From NCBI GenBank assembly GCA_964514575.1, contig CAZETJ010000001.1:56014-120013 (forward strand): 64,000 nt of DNA, read 5' to 3'. Of the stretch, positions 51,313 through 60,153 are shown piece after piece. The stretch comes from an uncultured Candidatus Saccharibacteria bacterium. GTDB lineage: Bacteria > Patescibacteriota > Saccharimonadia > Saccharimonadales > UBA10212. The stretch's first letter is position 1, and every line of letters starts with the position of its first letter. The notes below the pieces were generated by a model. That model saw nothing but the letters and a program-made list of their open reading frames with translations, searched no databases and was not told the DNA's origin. The position numbers and the translations under genes were made by a program.

Positions 51313-51387
51313 TGGCTCCGGAGGCCGGACTCGAACCGGCAACAATCGCCTTAACAGGGCGGTGCTCTACCATTGAGCTACTCCGGA
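51313..51387 (-). tRNA. tRNA-Asn (GTT)
   Basis: TCCGGAGTAGCTCAATGGTAGAGCACCGCCCTGTTAAGGCGATTGTTGCCGGTTCGAGTCCGGCCTCCGGAGCCA; cloverleaf with encoded CCA. Confidence 0.96.
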
Positions 51388-51475
51388 ATATCAGCTACAA
51401 AGATATCATACCTCCTTTGAGTTCTCTATGGCGAATGGACTAAACTACCTCTTAAGAAGTAGAATAAACATAAGA

Positions 51476-53809
51476 ATGAATGATGCCGGTGGGGACTTTG
51501 ATAAATATTTGCGCACGGCCAACTACTTGACTGCTGCTCAGATATTCTTACAAGACAACTTTCTATTGGAGCGTCCGTTAAAATTTGAGGATATCAAACC
51601 CCGACTGTTAGGACACTGGGGTTCGGGTCCCGGCGTTAATTTTGCCTACTCACATCTGAGTTATCTGGCGAAGAAACATGATCAAGAGATTTTGTTCATG
51701 CTTGGCCCCGGGCACGCCTTCCCATCATTGCAGGCAAACCTATTTTTAGAGGGCACTCTTGCCAAATATTATCCGGAAGCTAAGCCGACCTATGAGGGCA
51801 TCGGCTACATCTGCAAAAACTTCAGCTGGCCCTACGGCTTTCCTAGCCACAGCAACCCGGCCACGCCCGGTGTGATCTTAGAAGGCGGAGAACTAGGCTA
51901 CTCACTGAGCACGTCTTACGGTGCGGCGCTGGATAACCCGGGCTTGATCGTGGCTTGTTTGGTCGGTGACGGCGAAGCCGAAACCGGACCGACAGCCGGG
52001 GCTTGGCATCTGAATAAGCTGCTCAACCCGTCACGCGACGGCGTAGTTTTGCCAATCCTGCACCTCAACGGTTATAAAATTTCGGCGCCGACCATTTTTG
52101 GCCGAATGAGCGACGAAGAGCTAACAGCGCTATTTACCGGGTACGGCTATCAGCCGCGAATCGTTAGCGGCGATAACGTCCATGCCCAAATGCAGGAAGC
52201 TCTGGAATGGGCCCACGCCGAGATTCAACGCATCAGACAAATCACGCCGACCAGCTGGCAGCACCTGCCGATGATTATTATGCGGACACTCAAAGGCTGG
52301 ACTGGCGTACGCGAGCTTAACGGCCAAAAAATCGAGGGTAATTGCTTATCACATCAAGTAGTTCTAACAGAAGCCAAAACTGACGAAGGCCAACTCAAGC
52401 TGTTGGAGCAGTGGTTGGGCTCATATAAAATTAACGAGCTTTTTTCACGTACAGATGGCTTTGGTCAGTTCGTCGACCAGCTTATGCCTGAACCGGCTAA
52501 ACGTATGGGCGCCAATCCGCGAGCTCTAGGCGGACCGGCGGTGCATAAGCCGCTTAAATTACCAACCGCCGAACAGTTCGCGGAGGATTCCACCAAGCCT
52601 GGAACCATCGGTTCTTCCAGCATGCGCCGCGCCGGGCTGTATTTGAACGAAGTCATAAAGCTCAACGAGGCCGAGCATAACTTCCGGATTATGTCGCCGG
52701 ACGAGACCTATTCCAACAAGCTCGATGAAATTTTTAAATCAACCAAGCGAGCCTGGATGCTGCCGATCGAGCCGTGGGATAAAGACCTAGCGCCCGATGG
52801 CCGGGTTATGGAGATGCTATCTGAGCATAACCTGCAAGGCTTGGCTCAAGGCTACGTACTGACCGGACGCCACGCCGTGTTTGCCAGCTACGAAGCCTTC
52901 GTGCCGGTGGTCACCAGCATGATGGACCAGTACGCCAAGTTCTTAAAGCAATCGCTGGATGTGCCTTGGCGCGGCGAGATCAGCTCGTTAAACTATATTT
53001 TGACATCATCCGGTTGGCGCCAAGAGCATAACGGCTTTAGCCATCAAAATCCTGGCTTTATTGCTGATGCTTTGCGCCGGCAGGGCGACTTTGTGGATGT
53101 CTTTTTCCCGCCGGACGGCAACACGACTCTGGCGGTCCTTAACTATTGCTTGTCAGCAACCCGGCAAATAAATATTATCGTGGCCGGCAAAACGTTAGAG
53201 CCGCGCTGGTTGACGCCGGAGCTGGCAGGCAAGGCTCTGCAGTCGGGCATTATGACTTGGGATTTTGCCAGCGACGATAATCCTGATGTGGTGCTGACCG
53301 CCGCCGGCGATTATCTGACCAAAGAGGCCCTGGCGGCTATCGATTTAGCTAAGCAAGAATGGCCGGACATCCGCCTGCGCTTTGTTAATATTTTGTCACT
53401 AACTAACTGCGGCCTGGGTCGCGGCGGTATGTGTCTAACCCATGAAGGCTTTAACGATTACTTTACGCCGGACAAACCAGTAATCTGCAACTTCCATGGC
53501 TATCCGGAGACACTCAAAGCCATAGTCTTTGATTATATTGCCAGCAGCCCACAGCGGTTTTCGATTCATGGCTATATCGAAAACGGCTCGACGACCACGC
53601 CATTCGATATGCACGTCCGGAACGGCACTAGCCGCTATCACCTGCTGATCGAAGCCTTCCAGAAAGTCGCCGCTACCGGTCGCCTGCCTTATGAAGAGGC
53701 CGAGCATATCATCAAAAAATATCAGCAAAAAATCGAGGACAACACTAGCTACATTAAAGAGCACGGCGTCGATATGCCGGAGATTGAGGCATGGCAATGG
53801 ACTCGCTAG
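51476..53809 (+). CDS. xfp: Phosphoketolase (XFP family)
   Basis: KPRLLGHWG, EGGELGYSL, GDGEAETGP, LSEH, HNGFSHQNPG. ATG at 51476 preferred (TAGAAT upstream). Confidence 0.96.
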   Translation: MNDAGGDFDKYLRTANYLTAAQIFLQDNFLLERPLKFEDIKPRLLGHWGSGPGVNFAYSHLSYLAKKHDQEILFMLGPGHAFPSLQANLFLEGTLAKYYPEAKPTYEGIGYICKNFSWPYGFPSHSNPATPGVILEGGELGYSLSTSYGAALDNPGLIVACLVGDGEAETGPTAGAWHLNKLLNPSRDGVVLPILHLNGYKISAPTIFGRMSDEELTALFTGYGYQPRIVSGDNVHAQMQEALEWAHAEIQRIRQITPTSWQHLPMIIMRTLKGWTGVRELNGQKIEGNCLSHQVVLTEAKTDEGQLKLLEQWLGSYKINELFSRTDGFGQFVDQLMPEPAKRMGANPRALGGPAVHKPLKLPTAEQFAEDSTKPGTIGSSSMRRAGLYLNEVIKLNEAEHNFRIMSPDETYSNKLDEIFKSTKRAWMLPIEPWDKDLAPDGRVMEMLSEHNLQGLAQGYVLTGRHAVFASYEAFVPVVTSMMDQYAKFLKQSLDVPWRGEISSLNYILTSSGWRQEHNGFSHQNPGFIADALRRQGDFVDVFFPPDGNTTLAVLNYCLSATRQINIIVAGKTLEPRWLTPELAGKALQSGIMTWDFASDDNPDVVLTAAGDYLTKEALAAIDLAKQEWPDIRLRFVNILSLTNCGLGRGGMCLTHEGFNDYFTPDKPVICNFHGYPETLKAIVFDYIASSPQRFSIHGYIENGSTTTPFDMHVRNGTSRYHLLIEAFQKVAATGRLPYEEAEHIIKKYQQKIEDNTSYIKEHGVDMPEIEAWQWTR

Positions 53810-54975
53810 TCTTAGTTGCCAACCCGGGCAGCGCCAGCCGTAAATACGCCCTCTACAGGGAGGATGAGTGTCTACTAAGTTTGCACTTCGAGAAAGAGAA
53901 CAGCCGAATCATTTATAGCGGAAAGATTGCCGGAAAAGACCTGGAGCCAAGGCCGGCTGATATTTCTCATCTGACTTTTACTTCCAGTAAAATCCTCCAG
54001 TTATTGACTGAGCTGGAACTTGTAAAGTCTCCAGACGACATAGGAACAATCGCCTTTAGAGTTGTGGCGCCAGCTAAGTTTTTCCAACAAGACCGGCTCC
54101 TAAACGAAGAAGCGCTGGAGAAATTAACTAGGCTAGAGCACAATGCCTTGCTGCATATTAACGCTACTTTGCAGGAAATCTCTCAGCTGCGCCAGATCTT
54201 TCCAAAGGCTAAGCTAGTCGGAGTATCGGACAGCGCGTTTCAAGCGGATAAACCATTGGTTGCAAAAATCTACGGCTTGCCGCTAGAAATCCAGAAGGAG
54301 CTGGATATCGAACGCTTCGGCTATCACGGTCTATCGGTTGAATCTGCCGTTAACCAACTAAAGGCTGTCGGCAAACTGCCCAAGCGGTTGATAGTCTGCC
54401 ACCTCGGCAGCGGTTCTAGCGTGACGGCGGTTAAGGAGGGCAAGGCCATTGATTGCAGCATGGGTTACTCACCGCTCGAAGGATTAATTATGGCGACGCG
54501 AAGCGGCAACTTAGACGTCGCGGCCGCTCTTGGCATAAAGACGCATCTTGGCATGAATAACCGGCAATTTTTAGAATATCTGAATAGCCGGGCAGGACTA
54601 CTGGGCGTCAGTGGCAGCTCGGACGACATCAGAGAACTGTTAGCCGAAGAGCAAAAAAGTGAAACCGCCAAACTAGCCCTGGATCTTTATGTCTATAAAA
54701 TCCAACAGACAGTCGGGGCGATGGCGGCGACTCTCGGCGGCATTGACGGCTTAGTCTTCACGGCGACTGTTGGCGAACGCTCCGCCGAAATCCGTAAACG
54801 CGTTCTACACGGCTTATTATTCTTGGGCCTCAGCTTGGATCCGCACCTAAATCATCATTCCGTACAGCCTGGGGAAATAGTCCAAATCAGCCCGCCACAC
54901 CACCCAGCCAAAATTTATATTGTCCCAGCCAACGAATATTCGGTGATCGCTGCTCATGCCCAAAAGTTAACTTAA
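53791..54975 (+). CDS. ackA: Acetate kinase
   Basis: NPGSASRK, RFGYHGLS, CHLGSGSS, MATRSG, GE. Confidence 0.92.
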   Translation: MAMDSLVLVANPGSASRKYALYREDECLLSLHFEKENSRIIYSGKIAGKDLEPRPADISHLTFTSSKILQLLTELELVKSPDDIGTIAFRVVAPAKFFQQDRLLNEEALEKLTRLEHNALLHINATLQEISQLRQIFPKAKLVGVSDSAFQADKPLVAKIYGLPLEIQKELDIERFGYHGLSVESAVNQLKAVGKLPKRLIVCHLGSGSSVTAVKEGKAIDCSMGYSPLEGLIMATRSGNLDVAAALGIKTHLGMNNRQFLEYLNSRAGLLGVSGSSDDIRELLAEEQKSETAKLALDLYVYKIQQTVGAMAATLGGIDGLVFTATVGERSAEIRKRVLHGLLFLGLSLDPHLNHHSVQPGEIVQISPPHHPAKIYIVPANEYSVIAAHAQKLT

Positions 54976-55057
54976 AGCTAACTGGACTCACATGCAAAAA
55001 CCACATCAGCATTGGCTTGCTAGGGCGTGCTAACATAAAGGTATTAACAAACAAGTT

Positions 55058-55157
55058 TGCTGGAAGCAGGTGTGATTCCTGAACTGTGCCGCAACGGTGA
55101 TTTCCGCAAGGGATAAGTCCGATACAGCATAAGCAAGAATGCTTCCGAGCAAGAGGC
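55058..55157 (+). ncRNA. Compact cobalamin-type riboswitch (AdoCbl-variant / class II-like)
   Basis: TGCTG-GAA-GCAGGTGTGATTCCTG-AA-CTGTGCCGCAACGG-TGA...AAGTCCGATA-CAGCA, then hairpin GCTTC-CGAGCAA-GAGGC. Confidence 0.75.
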
Positions 55158-55177
55158 CAGCTTACAAAAAGCTAAAT

Positions 55178-55213
55178 TAACCCCTGTTTCTCGGAAGCAG
55201 GGGTTATCTTTTT
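55178..55213 (+). terminator. Intrinsic terminator of riboswitch expression platform
   Basis: TAACCCCTGTTTC-TCG-GAAGCAGGGGTTA-TCTTTTT. Confidence 0.82.
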
Positions 55214-56573
55214 GGGAATATCATCCGACAATCTGTCGACCGAGCGTTTTGACAAACGCTACTACGAAAAGATTCGCCAAGCCGGTGCGCTAAGTCGCGA
55301 TATAGGCCGCGTGGCTCTAAGCGGTTCCCAGCTTGAAGAGTTGGCCGGTTACGAACGTCGGCAATATGACGAAATGGCGAGCGGGTTAGCGGAGGCCTTG
55401 CAGGGTAATGTCAGGACGCACTACACCTTCGATCTAGTTGACGGCAAATTAGTTGCCGAAGACAATCAGCCGATTGAGCAGCTTATGGAGCAGGGTATAA
55501 ACCGCGCTTATGGCCTGGCTAATCAGGACAATTTTTATAAACAGTTCGTACCGCAGCGTGCCGAACACGAACTCAACGAATTCCGTAAGCAGCAGGACAT
55601 GACTACGGGACGGACAGACTACAACACGATCATAACCTTTTCGCCTTATAGCGAAGAGTTCGACACTTCACCCGAGAGTCGCGCTAAACTGGTGGCTGCC
55701 GACCAAAAACCTTACTGGCAAAGAGCTATGGTGCGAGTGTCGCACTGGGATGGCCAAAAGCTCCATATCTATACCCGCTCGATCGACAATTCCGACGTCA
55801 GCTTACTAAAAGAAACAGCCGCGCAGACATTATTCTCCGAGCTCAAAGCTACCAATTCTACGGACATGCTCGGGGAACAAATCACGCGCAAGCTACCCGC
55901 CAAAATGTGCTCCTATTTAGCAGACGTAATTGTCGGGTCAGCCGATGAGATCTTAGCCGCTAGACATGGCGGCGAATGGCACCAAGGCCGTCCTGTCCAG
56001 GAAGCCGCCGATCTGCAAGCCTTCGTAGAGTCGCAAAGCGAAGTTGTTATGCAGCTGATCAACTCCGGGCGCCAGCTGGCTCTAGAGCATGGCGCTTTTG
56101 ATAGCTACAAACAGGCGTTCAACCAAAAAGTCTACGATTATGTCGCGTTGCTTGAAGCCAGGTTAAGTTATGCTATTCATTCGCCAATTGTCGATATTGA
56201 AGCAGCGTCCTCAGCGGCTGGGGAGCTAGCCCGGTCGGAGGGCAAGGTTTATGATATGTGCGGTTTGGTTCTTAAACCCGACAACCAGTCTCTTGTAGGC
56301 ACACAGACCGGCTTTGAGAGTTTGCTGCGCCTGCAAGGCAAAAAAATCCAATGCCCGGAATGCAGACACCAGGTCGTCGTGCAAAAATCTGAATTGGCTG
56401 CCGGAAAGCTAGCTTGCCCAGATTGTGGCTACGGTGTGGATGTTTGTACCGGGCAGCGTTTTAATAAAAAGCCAACCAAGCCAGCGGCCCAGCCAAAAAC
56501 ACCTGGCTTCGTAGAACTATTAACTCAAGCGCTGAGCGAGCACGCCCGGCAACCCAAATCCGCTAAGACTTAA
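55212..56573 (+). CDS. Hypothetical protein with C-terminal Zn-ribbon (CPEC...CPDC...C)
   Basis: 453-aa ORF; start uncertain; no family recognised. Confidence 0.7.
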   Translation: MGISSDNLSTERFDKRYYEKIRQAGALSRDIGRVALSGSQLEELAGYERRQYDEMASGLAEALQGNVRTHYTFDLVDGKLVAEDNQPIEQLMEQGINRAYGLANQDNFYKQFVPQRAEHELNEFRKQQDMTTGRTDYNTIITFSPYSEEFDTSPESRAKLVAADQKPYWQRAMVRVSHWDGQKLHIYTRSIDNSDVSLLKETAAQTLFSELKATNSTDMLGEQITRKLPAKMCSYLADVIVGSADEILAARHGGEWHQGRPVQEAADLQAFVESQSEVVMQLINSGRQLALEHGAFDSYKQAFNQKVYDYVALLEARLSYAIHSPIVDIEAASSAAGELARSEGKVYDMCGLVLKPDNQSLVGTQTGFESLLRLQGKKIQCPECRHQVVVQKSELAAGKLACPDCGYGVDVCTGQRFNKKPTKPAAQPKTPGFVELLTQALSEHARQPKSAKT

Positions 56574-58323
56574 CTTTGGCTAGCGAAGCCATGTTATGGA
56601 CAATGGTCCGCCCTAGCTTTTTATTATGTAGTTCGTTGAGCTTTTCCAAAGCGCCGTAGTGTTTTTCTAAATAGTCTAGGTGTTTGGCTCGTGCTTTAGT
56701 AAAGGCCGATTTGCTAAGTCCGGATTTGGCAATGAACTCGCTGACTTTCTCGCTGCCAATATAGTGAGGCAGGATCACATAAGTAGCGCCGGCCTCATAG
56801 AGCTTGGCCGCTTCGGTTGGGTCGTCGGCGTGCAGGATTATGATAGCTCCCGGGTTAGCTTGCCCCAGGTGCTTCAACAAAAATATATTTACGTCAAAAT
56901 CGGGAATAGTAGAAACTACCAACTTGGCTTTATTGACCCCTGCCTCCTCTAGAAGTTCGGCGTCGGTAGCGTCGCCGTACAGATAGTTCAGCTTGCGTCG
57001 TTCCAATATATCGATGACCTCAGGGTCATAGTCAATCACCACGTATTTTTTCTTGAGCTTGCGGAAAAGATTTATAAATTCGTGTCCACCGCGCTGGTAG
57101 CCGAACAGCACTAGTTCGTAATCCGGTTCCGGCAAAGGTTCGCGCGAAGCCTTTTTGCGCTCAAACATATCAAGTTGCTTGTCGAACAGTTTAAATAACT
57201 TATCGCTGAAAGTGATCATGTAGGTAGAAGCAGCGATACTAATTAGAGTTATAAAGACAATCACTGAAACCACTTGTGATGAAATCAAGCCTTTGCTCTG
57301 GCCCAAGATTATCAAGACGATAGAAAACTCACTGACTTGGGCCAGCGAAATAGCGGCTTTAAAGCTAGTGCGCTTGGTATAGCCCAAAATGCCCATAACA
57401 ATCATGGCGACCAGCGGTTTGATAATCACAGCAACGGCTACGCCGGCGATCAACAACCCGACCATAGAGTGCAGACTGGAGAAACTCAAGTTAGAACCAA
57501 GCGAGATAAAGAAGACTATCAAAAAGAAATCGCGCAGCGGCCGCAATCGGGCGCTGATTTCTTGAGCCGAGGGTAGGGAGGCCAAGCAAATACCGGCTAG
57601 CAGTGCGCCGATTTCGCTAGACAGGCCGATCTTAGAAAATAGCGCGGCGCTGCCTAGTCCCCAGGCGATTGCAAACAGAAACAAAAATTCCTGGCTGCCG
57701 GCAATCAAGTTATGCCAGCGTGGCAAAAACCTATCGCTGACCCAGTAAATCAATCCGCCGATAACCAGCGCCTTGAATGTCAAGCCAACTAACGAACCAA
57801 GGGCTAAGCTCTGATTGTGCCCAGCCGACGTCACCACCACTAGAGCGATGGCTATAATATCTTGGACTAAAGATACGCTGACGGCTATTTTGCCGTACAG
57901 CCGTCCCTGTTCCTTTTTATCGCTAAGCAGCTTTAGGATGATGATTGTGCTAGAAATGGCTAAGCTGGCGCCGAGGAAAATCGCACCGTTGCCGGACATT
58001 CCAAAGGTGCGGCCGACAATCCAGCCCAGCAACGTTATAAAGGCCACTTGGCTGACCCCGACCATGACGGCCGTTCGACCGACCTCTTTAATAATTCTTG
58101 GGTTTAACCCCAAGCCGATGATGAAAAGCAGTAGGGCGATACCGATATCAGAAAAAAGTGTCAGCGTCGAAGGCGACTTAGCCAAATGTAAAACGCTTGG
58201 GCCGACCAGAATACCAGTCAGAATATAACCAATCAGCAGTGGCTGCTTGATCAAGCGCATAACTAAAGCCACAAGAGCCGCGATGACGATGACTAAACTC
58301 AGGCCAGGGAAAATGTTGTCCAC
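56563..58323 (-). CDS. Kef-type CPA2 cation:proton antiporter with TrkA-N domain
   Basis: GIALLLFIIGL, SSTIIILKLL, LRDFF..FF, AQVSEFS, YGDATD. Confidence 0.92.
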   Translation of the reverse strand: MDNIFPGLSLVIVIAALVALVMRLIKQPLLIGYILTGILVGPSVLHLAKSPSTLTLFSDIGIALLLFIIGLGLNPRIIKEVGRTAVMVGVSQVAFITLLGWIVGRTFGMSGNGAIFLGASLAISSTIIILKLLSDKKEQGRLYGKIAVSVSLVQDIIAIALVVVTSAGHNQSLALGSLVGLTFKALVIGGLIYWVSDRFLPRWHNLIAGSQEFLFLFAIAWGLGSAALFSKIGLSSEIGALLAGICLASLPSAQEISARLRPLRDFFLIVFFISLGSNLSFSSLHSMVGLLIAGVAVAVIIKPLVAMIVMGILGYTKRTSFKAAISLAQVSEFSIVLIILGQSKGLISSQVVSVIVFITLISIAASTYMITFSDKLFKLFDKQLDMFERKKASREPLPEPDYELVLFGYQRGGHEFINLFRKLKKKYVVIDYDPEVIDILERRKLNYLYGDATDAELLEEAGVNKAKLVVSTIPDFDVNIFLLKHLGQANPGAIIILHADDPTEAAKLYEAGATYVILPHYIGSEKVSEFIAKSGLSKSAFTKARAKHLDYLEKHYGALEKLNELHNKKLGRTIVHNMASLAKVKS

Positions 58324-58365
58324 GTTTAGCTACAGTATAGCTAAACGCTAGCGCTGATGTGAATC

Positions 58366-58548
58366 TTATGCGCCGTAAGGACCACCGCCGTAGCCGCGGC
58401 GTGATTGATGGTCGGAGCCAAAACCCTTATGTCCCAAGAGCTTTAAGATTGTAGAAAAACCCAAAATAGAAACTAGGCCAGTACCTAATATAGCCAAGAA
58501 CTCTTTGCGAGTAACTTCCTTTTCTTGGATTTTATTAAGCTGATTCAT
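58366..58548 (-). CDS. 60-aa microprotein: Tat-like signal (TRKEFL + H-region) and C-terminal GYGGGPYGA
   Basis: MNQLNKIQEKEVTRKEFLAILGTGLVSILGFSTILKLLGHKGFGSDHQSRRGYGGGPYGA; TGCTATAAT at 58559-58567 just upstream; directly follows tatC. Confidence 0.75.
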   Translation of the reverse strand: MNQLNKIQEKEVTRKEFLAILGTGLVSILGFSTILKLLGHKGFGSDHQSRRGYGGGPYGA

Positions 58549-58573
58549 GTTGCTTCGGATTATAGCATAGTGC

Positions 58574-59491
58574 TTATGATTGTTGGACAGGGCGCACAAT
58601 ATCCCAGGCCAGCGGCGTGGGCCTGAGCGTTATATCGGGCTTTAGAATTACATTTTCAGTTGTCGGCGGAATGACGGTTTCCTGAGCGGCGATAACTTCA
58701 ACCCGAGATTCGCCATGTCGTCGGTTTCGCAAGTAGACAGCCAGGACCGACAGTTGGTACATCACTAAAATCGGCAGAGCGAAAAAGAGCATATTTAGGA
58801 TATCGGTGGTTGGTGCCATAATCGCCGAGGCAATAAAAGCAAAAGCAATTACGTAGCGTTCAAACGACAAGAGCCGTCTAGGGCGGAGCGGCTTAATGCG
58901 GTTAATAAAAGAAATTATAAGCGGCAGCTGGAATAGCAGTACCGATCCTAGTAGATATACAGTGATAAAGGACATATATTCTTGGATGGTCAGAAGAGGT
59001 CTAATTTGGACGCTCGTAAATTGATGCGATAGAAAATGTAGCAGTAGCGGCAGGCCTAAATAGTAGCCAAAAGCACCGCCAGCTATTGCCAGTACGACGG
59101 AGTAAAAACTGTAGTGGAAGATCAATCTTTTTGTATGACTAGCCAGTAGAGGTTCAAGATAGCGGACAACTTGGTAGACAATTACTGGAATGCTAAGAGC
59201 TATGCCAAAGTAAAGGCATACCTGGAAAAGAAAGTTTAGGCCACCACCAGGCGTCGTGTAAATAAATTGCTGACCGTGTGACGGTTTGAGCAACCAGGCG
59301 ATGATTTGCTGCTGAATAAAATAACCAGCCAAAGTAAAGCTCGCTACGGAAACAGCAATGTAATATAAGCGCTTCCGCAACTCATGAACATGCTCTAAAA
59401 ACGGTCGTTTTAGATCAAGCTTTAGGTGCGGCTGGTGGCTGTTGGCTGGATTTGGGTTTGTCGCTCTCATTTTTGTTATTTTCATTAACAT
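58574..59491 (-). CDS. tatC: Twin-arginine translocase subunit TatC
   Basis: FLEHVHELRKRL, six TM pattern, FQLP, AIMAPTTD, LYQLS-like end. Start uncertain because it overlaps tatA. Confidence 0.9.
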   Translation of the reverse strand: MLMKITKMRATNPNPANSHQPHLKLDLKRPFLEHVHELRKRLYYIAVSVASFTLAGYFIQQQIIAWLLKPSHGQQFIYTTPGGGLNFLFQVCLYFGIALSIPVIVYQVVRYLEPLLASHTKRLIFHYSFYSVVLAIAGGAFGYYLGLPLLLHFLSHQFTSVQIRPLLTIQEYMSFITVYLLGSVLLFQLPLIISFINRIKPLRPRRLLSFERYVIAFAFIASAIMAPTTDILNMLFFALPILVMYQLSVLAVYLRNRRHGESRVEVIAAQETVIPPTTENVILKPDITLRPTPLAWDIVRPVQQS

Positions 59492-59642
59492 CGCTACTCA
59501 TGCCCTTGCGCAATTCGTGCAACGATTGGCCGATACTTCGGCTTAACTCCGGCAATTTTTTACTGCCAAATAATAGCAGCAGTATCACTAGGACGATTAA
59601 TAGTTCAGGGGTACCGATATCTAGAAGACCAAATGTTGCCAT
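59415..59642 (-). CDS. tatA: Twin-arginine translocase subunit TatA
   Basis: IGTPELLIVLVILLLLFGSKKLPELSRSIGQSLHELRKG. Confidence 0.93.
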   Translation of the reverse strand: MATFGLLDIGTPELLIVLVILLLLFGSKKLPELSRSIGQSLHELRKGMSSDVNENNKNESDKPKSSQQPPAAPKA

Positions 59643-59737
59643 AACTTTATTTGTCCTGCCTTGTTAACTATTTTTCCACCAAGACCTATAGATATATAAT
59701 ATTATCGTAAGCGGTATAAGGCAAGGGGATTAAGTAC

Positions 59738-59989
59738 GTGCAACAATGGTCAGTAGCTGATGTTTACGGTGGAGGCAATTACGGTGCCTGTCAATATTCT
59801 GGTCAGTGCGTAAGCGGTTCCTCTACTTTAAGCACCTCTGGCTTGAGCGGTAAAACGACTACGACCGCTTTGCAACCGGCTGCGGCTAGCTACCCGTGGC
59901 TCTGGGGGGCGATCATACTCATTGCTATCCTAGTTATAATGTTTATTCGCCGGCGGCTTCGCCGTAAACAACTTGACGCTCACTCTTAA
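59738..59989 (+). CDS. 83-aa microprotein: N-terminal YGGGNYGA, Ser/Thr stalk, C-terminal TM plus Arg cluster
   Basis: GTG start after AAGGGG; ...YPWLWGAIILIAILVIMFIRRRLRRK; divergent from tatA. Confidence 0.7.
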   Translation: MQQWSVADVYGGGNYGACQYSGQCVSGSSTLSTSGLSGKTTTTALQPAAASYPWLWGAIILIAILVIMFIRRRLRRKQLDAHS

Positions 59990-59990
59990 A

Positions 59991-60153
59991 TCAACCAAAT
60001 CTCTAGTATAATAACCTCAAGCGCTAAAGAGTGATGAGGGAGATTTTTTAAAGACAAACAATGGCTAGACTACCAATACCTGGTTCTGACGACGGCACTT
60101 GGGGAGATATCCTCAATTCTTTCCTTGAAGTCGAACATAACTCTGACGGCACC
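59991..60153 (+). repeat. Duplicated promoter + 5'UTR + leader-coding header, copy 1
   Basis: AACCAAA..TCT.GTATAATA.CCT.AAGC...GAGTG..GAGG...AAAGA.AAACA-ATGGCTAGACTACCAATACCTGG; similar to 62291-62457. Confidence 0.85.
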
